Part shown: one piece after another, positions 50,998 through 64,000 of the stretch
Position numbering within the stretch: the stretch's first letter is position 1
How the letters are laid out: each line of letters starts with the position of its first letter
NCBI GenBank assembly: GCA_002633005.1
Contig: NMRA01000232.1
Coordinates: 298,866-362,865 of the forward strand
DNA: 64,000 bases
Direction: 5' to 3'
Source of the DNA: Phoronis australis
Taxonomy: Eukaryota > Animalia > Phoronida
Notes under the pieces: generated by a model
Told to the model about the DNA's origin: nothing
The model's database searches: none
Seen by the model: only the letters and a program-made list of their open reading frames with translations
Translations under genes and position numbers: made by a program

Positions 50998-51384
50998 CTG
51001 TTGGCTGTGCTTACGAGACCATTCAAAAGTATAACAGGGGGTTCTTTTTCTTAATTTAATTAACTATCCATTAAACAGACCATCAACAACAGTGACGTAT
51101 ATGGAGAGTGATCCACAAAGCGCCCTATTGAAAGGTTCATTTTAAATTCGAAATTAATAAAAAATCCTTGTTTTTCAAGTGAATCAAATAAGACAGAACA
51201 CTAAGAAGCAGCGGATAAAAATCCTTGAGGTCGACTTTTTCACGAAACTGAGACAAGCACATGGACAATGCAGACGAGACCCAAGCAGAATATCCATCAG
51301 AGACTGCCTCTAAGCGAGCAAAAAGCCAATCCGTTGCGATTACTGAGCATGCAATACCCGAAACTATCCCTGAGGAAGGAAAAT

Positions 51385-51525
51385 TTCACCCGAGGCGATC
51401 ACTGGGCAGGAGTCAGCGGGACGATCAATGAGCGGGAAAGCTACCCACCCGAGACGACAATCTGAGCGGTTAAATGCTCACCAGAGACGATGTCTGAGCG
51501 GGCGATCATTACCTAGTCGAGACAA
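51385..51525. repeat. Degenerate GC-rich tandem repeat (~30 bp)
   Basis: Recurring CACCCGAGRCGA...TGAGCGG motifs. Confidence 0.5.
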
Positions 51526-54500
51526 TGATGCCTGCCAACGCTTTTTGTACTTTTGTCATAAGAATTGTTAAAAAGTTGACGAAGCAATGACTTACTAGAC
51601 GGATGGGGACTATTTCGGAAAGTACCGTTTTACACTTCTGGCACGGGGCGAATGTACTTATTTTTTCAGTTTTAGTCCTCAGAAGAACCTTTAAAATGCG
51701 TCAAGTTTATCGATGACACGTCAAAGGAGATGTTGCGGAACAACACTTATAGCAGATAAACTGCAAATAAAGTCATTTGGCGTAAAAAGCAACACGATGT
51801 CTAAGACAACTTAAGAGTACGTACATATTACAATAAATGTTTAATTTCAAAACAATCTTCGTTTTTATATTATCATCCACGTTAAATGAAAATTCAAGCA
51901 AATTTAAAATTAAGGAAAAAACAAATCGTCACCTCAGGTGCCACCGTAATCGTGTTGAATTTTGTAATCTCAAGTGCACAGTCCACCTGCCACTTGTTCC
52001 CTCTTAAAACAGGGAGGGGGCAAGTTTGTGAAAGTGTCCAGTGGGGACTTTTTGTGTACACAAAAAATCACTTGAGGAAAATCGTCATTTCTGAAAGAGA
52101 CCCACGTGTTTGGATTTACGATCGCGAAAAGGTAACGATTGTGGGGAAAAAGCGCAGTGTTAGCACTACGGCGTAGTATCACAAATACGTCAAAGGCGTC
52201 ATGTGGTCATCACTCAGTCACCACGGCTCGCTGGTACCCTGCGTGCTTAGCCCAGGCGGCACGCAGGGAACCAGCAAGTTACCACGGTGGAACAGCGTCT
52301 CGGTTAATGTCTAGACTTTGTCCCTTGTGCGGAGGCCATGAGGGATGACGCCACTTGTCGTCGTTGCACTAAGTTCTGATCAATAACTTCAAAATCGGAT
52401 AACATGTATTTTTAATTTTGAAGGAACCGAGTTACCATGGTCATTTGCCTATATGTAGATCATTATTCTTGAATTGGCAAACACTGTTAACGGACGTAAA
52501 AAGTGACAAATCATGTACAATACACATCGATAAGCCACGTTGCTAATCGTCTGGCCATAAAAATCTTTGACACACCGAGTCACACCACGAGGTAAATAGG
52601 CCTACACTATACCCAGTGGGGTAAAATGATCCACCTGAAACGATATGCTAACGACGGCAAAATACACACCCCCGAGACCCATGCCACCCTTCTTGTGACA
52701 GTGTCCCTCAATCTAGACAACTGTTCTTAAATATAAGTCAAAACCTACCAACACTGGTGATTAACATTAGATCAAGCATCATTGCTACAAATACGATGGC
52801 AACAACCAGTTTCTTGGAATGACGGATTTCCTGCCAGCAAGAGTACCAGATCATCCTGCGAGGCCTTCGGGTGTTTATCTGAAACACACGGCTGTCCTTT
52901 AACTAATTGTCTTAGATCCATGGCACACAAAAGAATATTAAATATCAAATATTAACCAGCCACTGTTGTAATTAGCTTGATAGACCTATTGCCGTCAACT
53001 AACCAAGTAATTCTACTAAATCCTTAGAACGGTTTTATAGTAGTCATTGCCAACTTACCGTACATGTAGTTGCAGGATAGTGTATTGATGTTGACCGGAT
53101 TGAACTATCAATGAAACAACTATACTTTATCAACATTTCGTGTTCGTATGTGGAATTTTTTGTAACACAACAGTGTTAATGTGGAACTTTGGTTGCATGA
53201 TAAACGGCCTGTCACATACAATAGACTAAACAACTGAATACATAGTAACAAATAAATATGGGCCGATTAATCCGAAAGAGCGTAAACAGATATATACGCA
53301 TTAGACCAGAGAGGGAGCTAAAAGCAACAAACTGGTGTGTGGTCTCATTTCAATAATCAATAACGATAGTGACATCATTTATTAAAACTTCTAGAGATAT
53401 TAACGTACGCAGAACTCAAACCCCATATTGTATAATCATAGATCGAACGCAGTCATAATCTCAATGGAATACATGCATGAAAATGATACACAGATTTTGT
53501 ATTTTAGTAAACTTACCTCTTGAAGATTCAATCTCAAAGAAACCCGAGACGAGCCCTGTGCTGTTACCGTCTCTGGTCTTGCAATGGCAGTCCAAGGACC
53601 AGCTTTATTTCTTCAACCTTGCTGAAAGCGGTTACACTCAGGCCAACCGGCATAACTCTTTCGGAACTCAGTCATATGCAAAACACATAGTCACTGTTAT
53701 GTAATGAAGACAGAAGGTGGGGAGGCGTCATATTTGAAAGATTTCTTCTCTCATAGGTGCCAATAAAAGAAGGTATTCTTCACCTGTTTTTTCGACAATC
53801 CGTGGAGGTTTTTTCATACAAATATATTACTTTGGCTTTTGACTCTCGGAGAACCACCCACATCTTTAAACAGATTATCGTAAGTCAACTTAATTACTCA
53901 TCGATGATGTTGTGGAAATTTTTGCAACATTGGTTCAAATATACAAAGCGGTCGTCTCTTCACAACGGGTCTCAGTTAGAGCAGAGGTCTTGACTCATTA
54001 TGTTCACTTTAGCATAATTAATCCAAACGAAATCGATAGCTATCTTTATGAGATAAAAATTATTGTTACCAAATAAAACCAATAGATCCAAACTGACTCA
54101 TCGGGCGAAAATAATTTAAAGAAATGGAAATAATGGGTCAAAATGGACATAATGGGTCAGAGCAGAATCTCCTGCTAGAACAGGGTTGCGTTCCGTAGAA
54201 CCGAAAACACTTGTGCTGCACTCCCTTACCGCGAGAAATCTTTGCTCGTCATGGAACCGAAAAACTGAATTCCGTGTATCACATGATTCAACTTTCTAAA
54301 TCACCGCCAATATGGGGTATTGCATGAGATAGTTTCGAAGCGGTCCTCTAAACTCCGTCTATGACCGAATTCTCAGATATTGCGCGACTGCGTCTCTAGG
54401 TTTCAGGAACATGAATTTTATCTAAAAAGGTGTTTGCCGCAACAATTCTGTGCACTGGCCTAAACTGAAACCATCCATTAGTAACGTTGCGATCTTTATC

Positions 54501-56049
54501 AGACAATGAGCATACTTTGTTCCAATTGAAGTTGTCTTCGATAGTAAACTCCGTTTCCCATTTACGGTCTCAATTTGTTTCTTACCTTAATATCGTTTAA
54601 ACGCAATAAACGTGTCTTCGACATTTAGCATCCGTTCGAAAATTTATGATTCAGAAATGATTTCAGTGCACAAGGAACAACGTTTTACGAGTTTGGTTCT
54701 CACATCAACCTCGTACATCACAAGGTCCTAGAATCATACGACATTGCTATTAGAAGCGTGCATATCTCTTACACTATGGTTCCATCCTTCTCCTACCAAT
54801 CAACCTGCTGCAAAGCCACAGTGGCTGGTACACTACATTTACGACAATGCACAGCTGTGTTACAGAAGACGTATAAAATCAAAAATTAAAAAACGATGAA
54901 ATTTGGATAAAATTTCAAGACATCGAAACGAATTTTTTCTCGAAATAGATCAGTAAAAGCAATCCTGGTTGTTACAGCTGACTGAGCATCAACATTAAAT
55001 CTCGCGTTCACATTTCTTCATGCGAATACCTGAATAAAACGGGTGAAGAAATCAAGTCACTCACAAACCGTTGACTAACTTAACTCTTCGCTTGCAGGCA
55101 TGTGCGAGCCTTGTCGTTAGGTATCGCTGTAATCTTACGTAATGGAATATCATTTAAATGTTTCACACCTTTTGACAAAGGATCACCTAAATCATTTTCT
55201 TTACAGAATTTATATTTTCCTTGGAACTCCTGAGACATGACACTCATTAAGGTTTGGATGTATATGTGCAAAAATCTTCACACAAACTCGTTAAATAAAA
55301 TTTCTTCCGATTTTCTAGGTGCGCTGTACAGTTTGATGTCGGCTTTTATCTGCGTTCATATGATACATGGTTCGAAACAAAATTTTTAGAATCCGGAAAC
55401 TCCTCCAAAGCAATGAATAAAGCAGTGTTTCCATTTGTCCGTAATAGCACGTAAAGGGTAGCTGCGTTTCCTTATCAACGTACTGCGTTTATTTGAAACG
55501 AAATCGTTTTGACGTTGTCAATGACCAGGTTTTCTAAGAAACACGCTGAACTTTCGAGTAGCCTTTAAAGGCACTATTTCCGCTTCATTTTTGTTAAAAA
55601 CTTCATGAAACGGATCTTTACGCAAACACTTTTATTCGAAACCTAAGCCCAAATAATAGCCTTCGCCATGGCATCGAATTTTTTTATAATGAACTGAATT
55701 TAATACAGATTTTTTTAGCTTAATTTTTCATTTTGTGTGGTGCACCAAGAAATGAATGGATGCCGGACGAAGTGTCAATCGAAGATTCGAGTGTCGAATA
55801 TGAACTTGGAGTTTCGGTTAATCTCAAGATCGTATACAAGCCTACGTGAACTCGGAATACCCACTCAAATAATCACGTTCAAGCTACTATGATTAGTTAA
55901 CGGGTGAAATAAGTGCTCTTGGAACCAATAATTACAGAAATTTGCTACATTGAACAAAATATTCACCAGATTTCCTTAATGTGTATTTAAGTAAGACCTC
56001 ACGTTTACGCGATCTTCAGATTAAGCAAAATTCAAGTTCACGCATACCA

Positions 56050-59000
56050 AACAAGTAATGGCAGGCGTTCGGTATAAGATAGGTTGTCCTCCGTTGAAAA
56101 GGCTTGCTGATCGTCCTCAAGTTGACTATTACCGCCGTAAAGTTTGAAATGAAGATCAGTTTGGGTGCTGGACTTATCTGCGATCCCAGATGGCTGTTAC
56201 ACGGTCTCAGTAAGGAAAGATTTTGCTCGACAGGTAAGTCGTCAACGAATGACCGAGGCGCACTTTCAATGCTAACCATAAAGTTTTCTGAATGTTATGG
56301 TAGATTTATTTTACTGCCTACCAGTACACCGACATTACAATATTCCTGTAGTAAAATTCTTGGTGTCTTTGACTGAGTATTTTTTGCGTTATTTTACTGT
56401 TTTAGTTGTTTAGGCCACGGGCTCGGTTTCGTCCACTTGTGTAGTGGATTAATTTGAGCAAACAAAGAAGCCATATTTACAAGTGTTTCTCATGTAAAAG
56501 TAAGGGGACTCAAGGTAAGGGCTGTTGAAACCAATTAAGATTTGTTGTGTCATTGTGTGATCTAAGGCATAACAGCAATCCTTGAGTAATAATCATTTAA
56601 TAATCTTCTCTTTTCCGAATTCATGTCATCTTGCAGTGTGTATAGAGACTGACAGTCTATACAGCCTGTTAGTGCTAGTCTTGATACTCTAGCAGCCCTA
56701 CACAACTAACTAGTCTTGTGGCTGTTTATGTTGACTGGCAGTCTATACATGTAACCAGTTAGTCCTACTTTTGATACTCTCTGCAAGGCTAACTGTGTAG
56801 TCTTGTGGTTGTATACAGGACATGCTGGTAGTCAATACACCCTGCTAGTGGTAGTCTGGATATTCCCAAATTGGTGGTTTGTATTAATGTTATTTGTTGT
56901 TCTTCAGGGCGTTGCACCAGTCATGACAGACAAGCATGAGTGGACTGCTCCACTGACAACTGCCAGCACTTTCAACTTGCATAGCAGGGAGTTACTAGAA
57001 GGTGCTGATGAAGACAAATGAATTGAGAAGGGGTCATCTGACCATGATGCATTCAAAAGAACCCAACATTGGTGAAGATTGCTTCGCCATCAACAGCAGG
57101 TACCTATTCTAGCTTTGGATAATGGCACATTATAGCATTCTGTAATGTTAACAGCAACAGAAAGTGTATTGTATTTACCGTCCAAGGTATCAGCAGCCAA
57201 TTGCCTTCTCACGTTAACATGGATTTGTTTTTATGTTGAAGAACAAGAGATGTGTTGAGAATTTTCAACCTGCTGATTCTTATGTACTCTGGCAAGCGTT
57301 TTGCTACTCTCAAGGCCTTGTGTACCGGCTTACCAGAATTCTGCTAGCTATCAAGGATCACAGCAGGCCAGTCCTGGAAGATGAAGCTGGCAATGCAAGG
57401 TAATTAATATAGCTGCGCCAAACATGCATTTTGGCTACTGGTGTGGCCACGACTCAGTATTCAAACGAAATTGTAAGTGTCCATTAGCGGGGTAGTGCTA
57501 AAATGAGTGATAATTTAGGACTCTGCTAGAAACAAAGGGGCAAACACAAAATTGAGATGAGAAGATGTGGGAAGGCCTTTTCTGTAATGAACAAGCCATG
57601 CCAAGTCCTGTTATGTCGCCAAGGCTACATCGGTGCAGCTTATGACAAAAAGGCCACCTGCAATGCTTACAAGAAAGTTGAATTTGATTGTTCCTTGAAT
57701 GGGAGATGATTTAAATAACCAAAAATTGTGACATATGAATTAAAAATGCCCGAGTGTGCTCCATCATGTCCTGTGTGGGTGTACATTGTGTGTTTATTTT
57801 CATCCATGCAATGTTTCCTTGTCCATACCTATGTCGCATGATATCTCAAGAAAAGTGCTGTAGTGGGGCGTAGGCGCACGTAGGCGCAGCCAACCACCTT
57901 TTGGCATTTGAAGGTAGCGCTTACGCACCGTACAGTGCTCAAGGTGATACGGTGGGCTTTGGGCACCTACTTACCACAAAGTTTACCACTTCAGCACTGC
58001 TCAAGAAGGAAGTTTTGTTTGTATTTTGTGCTGAAGTTTAGATGACAGCCTTGACTTTGAATTCACGGTCACATTTAGAAAATCAAGATTTTACTTGGAA
58101 AACATTTGTCCATGCAATTTTGTGTATTTACACAAAGGTGTAGGTGGCCTATCTCCAGGTGTTAGTCACATTTTGAAGGTCACAATATGCAATTACATAT
58201 CCCTGAACGTCGCATCTAACCCATCAACCAACCCGCAAGGGGTTACGTGTTGCCTAAGGTCACTGTAGCATTTTCATTTCATTGACCTAATAGAAATGAA
58301 AATACAAAGACAGTTATTTCTGTGTTCACAAAGGTTGAGAGAGGCTTTCATTAAGATTGGTTTCAAAATCATTACCATTTAAAATTATGAAAGCCTTGAA
58401 ACTATCACATCCTGATAGGCATAGCAGTGACACAGCTTTGAACATTAGGTGGCCTTCGGTCCTGGGCGGCAGCCCCAGGTGCAGGCCTTCATCTAGGTGG
58501 CATCTAGGGTGTCCAACTACACAACACGACATAAATTTAGACACATGAGGTAGGTCGCCCTATTTAGCTTTTGGACACCCAAGTAAAGTGTACCATTTTT
58601 TTAGCTAACAACAGCCCTGGAAGCTAACTGTCCTGTCCGAATAAGAAAGTTAAGACATGGTGTAAGATGGGATAGACTTTATTACAGACCACAGTAACAT
58701 TCCACACCATAATAGTGATTTGACTTAGGGTCATGGAAATAGTCAAGAGTAATTGGTCATGGATGCCTTCATTAATTAGAAAACTCATTTTGAACGCCCT
58801 ATTCTTTAAATCGTGTATGAACCACCTGCTAAATGCTAATATGTGTTGGGAACAATTCAGCCACCCTGTGACAAATGCTGTTATGTGTATTGTTTTCTCT
58901 TCTTGAAATGTGTGAAACTCTAATCACTTAATTAACTACATGTAGTATATTTTTATATTTTGAATAACGAAAACATGTTATCCAGTGTTTGAAACGACTT

Positions 59001-59330
59001 CGAAAAAGTTTCTAAAACACTGAAAGAGGTGCATAATGTACTAAGTGTTTGTAGAGTTTCATGTTTCACACTCTTCATGTTTCAGGGTAAATCAATGCTG
59101 CTGCATTCATTTTCGTGTCTGGCAATGACATTGAAACAAGTGTTATTCTTTCTAGGGGAGCAACGTATCTTCAACAAGAAGAGCAGGAGATGGTTGTCCA
59201 TTCCGGTGAAGGCTTCTAAGAGCTATGACGAGCTGATGATTGTGAAAACCCGGTTAAAAGAAATGTCAGACATGCACTGCCTCCTTGAACATAAAAGCAA
59301 AATGACTCCCACTTGTTGTCTGACAACATT
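56050..59330 (+). pseudogene. Transposase relics of the Kolobok-type element
   Basis: Scattered fragments only: DRH (~58414), SP..AK-like (~57600), LAIKDH (~57345), NKKSRRWLSIPVKASKSY (~59170); no intact ORF. Confidence 0.4.
57853..57998. mobile_element. Small MITE nested in the Kolobok-type element
   Basis: TIR AGTGCTGTAGTGG...CCACTTCAGCACT. Confidence 0.55.
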
Positions 59331-60814
59331 GCCGTCTTCGAATGATTGCCATTAGTAGAAGTCAATGCGTCAAAGAAGCTGCCTGACAGAGGTTATTTAA
59401 GATGATATGGCAACTGGGTGTTATTCAGTCATGTGCTCTAGTTTGTTGCAGAGGGTCATCTGGTACTACAGTTTGGTTTATAGTCATGATACATCCAGTT
59501 ATGCAGATGTTAACATGTTCAGTCAGGCCGTCGACCTTCAAACTCTGCCATGGGCAGTTTGTGTAGTGTCAATTTGGAAACTCAGGGCTTGTAATTTTCC
59601 TCTTTTAAGAAGATTTACTCTCTTTTGGTTTTGGTTTCCTCTTTATGTCTCTTTTTTATCATTATTTTATTATTTTTACTTCTATACCAAAAATCTCTAT
59701 CAAAGACCCTAGTATTAATTTGTGGGATGATAAATCACCTGTCATTGATCATTCCAAGCCCTGAACCTTAACTTTGTGCAAACAATTTCTTTATGGAGCA
59801 TTTGGTTTACAGAGACACTTTCTACATGGTGAGTAAGATAAAACTGGTAATACCAGTTCAACTTGTGTTACCATTGGATAGTTTTCTTGATTCTTAACTA
59901 TTTTCTCAGCCAAATGTGTAGTCAGTGGTTTGTCTTCAGGTGGGTCATAGAGAGGCGGATATTTGTATACAAGGGTCACCATAAAGCTTCTGTGTTACGT
60001 AAAATTATGTTTTTAGTGATTTTTTATTGCTTAGGCAATTCACATTCATATTAAAACCTGCATTTACCGTAGAAATCTTGAATTTGAGAGTGATGGTGTT
60101 GAACATTACAATATATATTTTGAATGGCTATGCTGTTGGGTTAGAGGTTGTGCTTGTAAGTAAGGTGTGTTACATGAGTAGCAGATTACTCGCGATTGGT
60201 AATTGCAAAAGCTATGGAACTTTAAATCAGAAAACGTTGCAACTTCTGATTATGGGCCATGGCCAAACAACCAGGAGACTATGTCTGTTGCAAGGATATC
60301 TTGTTTTGTTAATTTTGTCCAATCATCTTTCTGTCACCTGCTAATGCATCTTTGGCGTTAATCAGCAAAGACAAAAGCAGGAATCAACTAAAAACTTATA
60401 CCCATATCTCACAAATTAGACATTATGTTCCTTGGTCGGTGGCCTTTCCCACAGTTGCATGCAATTTGCTAAAAGCGTACGTCTTGCTTTTACTGTTTAG
60501 CAGACTTTGAATTTTTTTGGAAATTTTCCTCCAAGTTTTGAGGGTTTTCGATGGTTACAGAGCATTAATTTGTTGCGATTTTAGTATTTCACATTATTTT
60601 GAAAAGTTAATCCATTACTGTTTTTTCGAAATTGGGGCCGTTGCCCTACATGACGTTAACTAATTTAAGAATGCTTTAGGTTCTTGTTGCAAGTCAAAAT
60701 CCAAATGGACTTTTTATACTAGACTAAGAAGTAAAAAGTTCACTCTGACAGTTGTGCTTTCATCTCACAAAGTAACAATTGTGCACAAGAAGGTTTCAGT
60801 GCTCAGCTACAATT

Positions 60815-61700
60815 GTTGTATAGTCTGTATGTCCCAATAAAGTCTGTGAATATTTTTGTCCAAACACAACTGTGCAACTCTGTCCACATGTCTCCCAAGA
60901 TGTCCATGTTGCCCCAAGATAAAGTTTCTGTATGGCTGATGTCAATTAGACGCATTCTGATCAGTCTCTGGCTTCAGTGTCATCACATTTCGTTGTAGCT
61001 TGTCTAAGGCAAGTACACCTTCTCCAGGCAAAACACTTGGAAATCCTGAAAGCATTGGTAAAATATATTATCGTGCGGTTTCGCATTACTGTAGAATGAT
61101 AAGGAACATTTGTCTCTTGTAAATGAATTATATACAACAACTGGTTGATTGGGGTTGACATCCTATATTGAACAATCAAAACGTATAGAATTATTTTCAT
61201 TATTGCAGACTGAACTCACCAATACTTTTGTAAATTGACCTTTGGTTGGTTTTGGATGGGATTTGCTACTGAGATTTGATTTGAGTTCTTGGCCAAAGAT
61301 TTGTTTTTCTTCAAAAAGTGATTTGAATTGTGTGGCTGTATATCTGTTTAAACCAATTGAAGACTCAAAACTAAAGTAGCTATAAGAGCCTTTGAGGTCC
61401 TGGTGACATTAATATGAATACCCTTAAAATGAAAAAAAGCAGACCAAAAAAGTACTAAACAATTTTGTAAAATGTTTTCAACTGATATATGTAGTCAATA
61501 CTAAAAAGTTTGTAGTGATTAAATTTTTAGACAACGGTTTAATGAATACTTACAGGTAATAACGAAACGCAGTTAGCAGATTGCTTCCCACAGCACACTT
61601 TTATTTCTGGTTTGCATTTCTTGACACCTGTGACACGGGCACCATGATGGATCTTCTGATGGTGCTGGGTAAATGATCCAGTGAAGTGACCTCTGGTAGC
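60815..61700 (-). pseudogene. KolX / P2X7 C-terminal ballast-like Cys-rich gene, frameshifted, intron-containing
   Basis: Exon ending 61554: SWCPCHRCQEMQT(fs)CCGKQSANCVSLLP|gtaagt; exon from 61045: DFQVFCLE...YRNFILGQHGHLGRHVDRV(fs)SCVWTKI...GTY. Confidence 0.75.
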
Positions 61701-61954
61701 CTAAATTCTAGACGCGGGGGTCTTGCTTGGCGACATCCAACATTAGGTCTCTCAGTTCCTTCTTTTATTCATGCGACTGATTCGACCCTAAAGTGAGAGT
61801 AATTCAGTGACAACATTCACAGTAATGAGAACAATTTTTATAACTTTTGTTTGTATTGTTGTAGGATTTATTTGCCAACAAGTACAAAGACAATCACTGT
61901 ATGACTCAGATTGGAAATCATCTACTGGTTTAGGATTGGGTTTTGGATTAATTC

Positions 61955-62280
61955 ATAGGCGGATTTGGGGGGGGACAGGGGGCCAGAAGCAAAACGGCAA
62001 GAGCGCGAGGAAATATTGAGTCCACCAATTAATCTCGGTACTTAACATGTGGCTGCGGGGGGGGGGGGGCTCGGACCCAATCGTATCAGGGGACCTGTGT
62101 AAACGCGTTCTCATTTTTTTTGCTTTTTTAGTCCACTGTTGGCTTTGCAGTACGAGGACCAGAAATTCGAGCAACCCAATTTTTCGGGCTGGGTTCTCAC
62201 ATTCAATCGTAAACCACACTTGCCCAAGACAAAATGACAAAATGTTGCCCCCCCCCTATGGTACCCTCGATCCGCCAATG
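61955..62280. mobile_element. G-tract MITE nested in the Kolobok-type element
   Basis: GGCGGAT+G-run ... C-run+ATCCGCC termini. Confidence 0.6.
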
Positions 62281-64000
62281 TAATTTAGAGATGCAGCCAT
62301 GGAATCGTTTCTACCCCATGCACTAGGTCCAGAGCTCTATAATTGCCAACCCATGCAGTCCCAGGGCCTGGAAATTAACATCACAGTGTCACGCAGGAAA
62401 CTTATTTTTCGTAAGCAACTTATATCGTGCACCTCCGAGTTGTACATAATCTCCCAGAAGAGGAAACGTTAACAACCAAGCTCGACGAAGTCATGAATCA
62501 CTAAGACTCGATTGCAGGTTTAAAATTGAACACAACTCACGAGGCTGTAGCCTGTATTATACTGAATATACTGGGTATAGACAAGTACACGGACACGTCG
62601 ACTTCGAATGACTCGGGATAGCGACAGAAATAGTTGAGAGAACCGAAGTTCAGAAAAAATTAATCTTGTTGTTTACGAGTAAGAATCAAGCTGTGATTTC
62701 CAAATGTTTGTACATTCTGATTTCTTGTTTAGCTGGCAAGAAGTCCCAAAACACCTAACTCACCTCTACCGTTTGTGCTTGACATGTTTCTCTTCCGTCA
62801 GCTGATTCGTGTGCATTATGGGTAATCTCTCCACTGGCAACCCCGCATAAATAATGAGGTTTGGCTGAAGGTCCGCCCACTTTTTATAAATTTAAAAAAT
62901 TAATAGTAAAATAACGAGAGTATGTACATGGCTGTAATTTACGAAAAGAGTTAATTTTAGTGATATCTTTCGATTGGCAAAGCTCAATTTGTGATCTAAG
63001 CAGGCGAAAGTAAAGGAAATAGTGACTTTAAAGTGACATTGGCGAGAACAGTCTTAATTCAGCCGGCCTAGCGCGGCGGAAACGAACCTAAAATTCTCGC
63101 TTCTCCACTAAACGCTATCAGTGTACGACAGAGACCTTCAACTGGTGAAGTCATAGATTATCACCGGCCTCGATTTCAGCGAATCTCTGGAAGACAACGG
63201 TGACAACAGGCGACTGGTAATAAGAACACAACAAATTTTATTGATTTATAGCTCCAGTCAATGATAATAACTAATTAAACGTTTATCCCATTTAGCTGTA
63301 ATATCAAAATTGCGTTGCTTGGCTTTAAGAACGACAATGTCCCTTTAAAGTGGCTATAAAACTGTCTCTCCCCTCAAAAACAACTTTTGATTTAGACCAT
63401 TTAAAAACACAGACAGTTCGTGATTGCTTGGGAAGGCTCCACAAGTTTGTTTGTGGGTGAACATTGCCGTCTTCTCTATCGGGGTGTCCCGAAACGAGAT
63501 GTGTTCCCACGAAGCTAACGGCTGATGACGACCCGCGATCTGACTATCGCTGTGCCCCCTAAAGGTCATTTTGCTCTCAAAGCTGGTAGCTTTCAAAGCA
63601 AGTTACGGAGACCTACGGTACATTTGCATGCGTAGCACTAGAAAGCCCTAAATTACTGTTCTCAGCTTCTCGGCCTAAATATTTGAAGTTTTCCAACATC
63701 ATGGAACACTGTGGTCTCCCGTTTGCTGTAATTGGCAGTTTTCCAATTTGTTCCCGCCTTCAACTTTAAGTGAGTGTTGCAGAGTCTCATCAGTTGACAG
63801 ATATCCCTGGAACAGATATATTTTGTGAATTCCGTCTTGATATGGATTTGCGTTTTTTGCCAAATTTTTTCACAAAAATTGAAGTTGAGTGCTCATTCAG
63901 CTGTAACTACCATTCTGTTGAGTGTACCACGCGAAAGTCAAATTTCTATTTAAAATGTATTCTATTTGCTATCAGGATGAAGTAGTATCTTTTGATCAAA

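Larger units (their letters stand above)
55569..63027 (+). mobile_element. Decayed Kolobok-type DNA transposon (~7.5 kb)
   Basis: TTAA|AGGCACTATTTCC (55565) ... GGAAATAGTGACT|TTAA (63031): TTAA TSD and 13-bp TIR with 1 mismatch; transposase relics on + and convergent P2X7-ballast-like gene on -. Confidence 0.75.

Noticed and set aside
53517-53675. Coding first exon of the SLC18 gene
   Set aside because: Strong minus-strand donor, but the ATG-initiated frames checked stop before it; at most a 5' UTR exon.

Overview
Eukaryotic (animal, probably bilaterian invertebrate) genomic DNA, AT-rich and repeat-rich; most entries in the ORF track are noise or partial exons. Manual splice reconstruction gives two convergent intron-rich transporter genes. 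(1) A full-length ABCB1/P-glycoprotein-type ABC exporter on + (26 exons found, 10841-35529, about 1257 aa, first coding exon unresolved, both NBDs intact, two GC-AG introns). (2) A VMAT-like SLC18A vesicular transporter on - (14 exons, ~50997-36010, about 477 aa) with VMAT-type exon structure. It has replaced three canonical acidic residues (human VMAT2 E312, D399, D426) and gained new His/Glu/Arg residues, making it a candidate orphan vesicular transporter for a non-monoamine cargo. Its TM1 exon has a 1-nt frame discordance. Introns contain MITEs, a foldback element, a decayed RNase H-bearing LINE, and Helentron-like elements carrying co-oriented CTCF-type motifs every ~130-160 bp. The last 8 kb holds a decayed ~7.5 kb Kolobok-type transposon (TTAA TSD, TIRs, transposase relics, convergent P2X7-ballast-like KolX gene). 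All alignments to human proteins were made by eye from recalled sequences.
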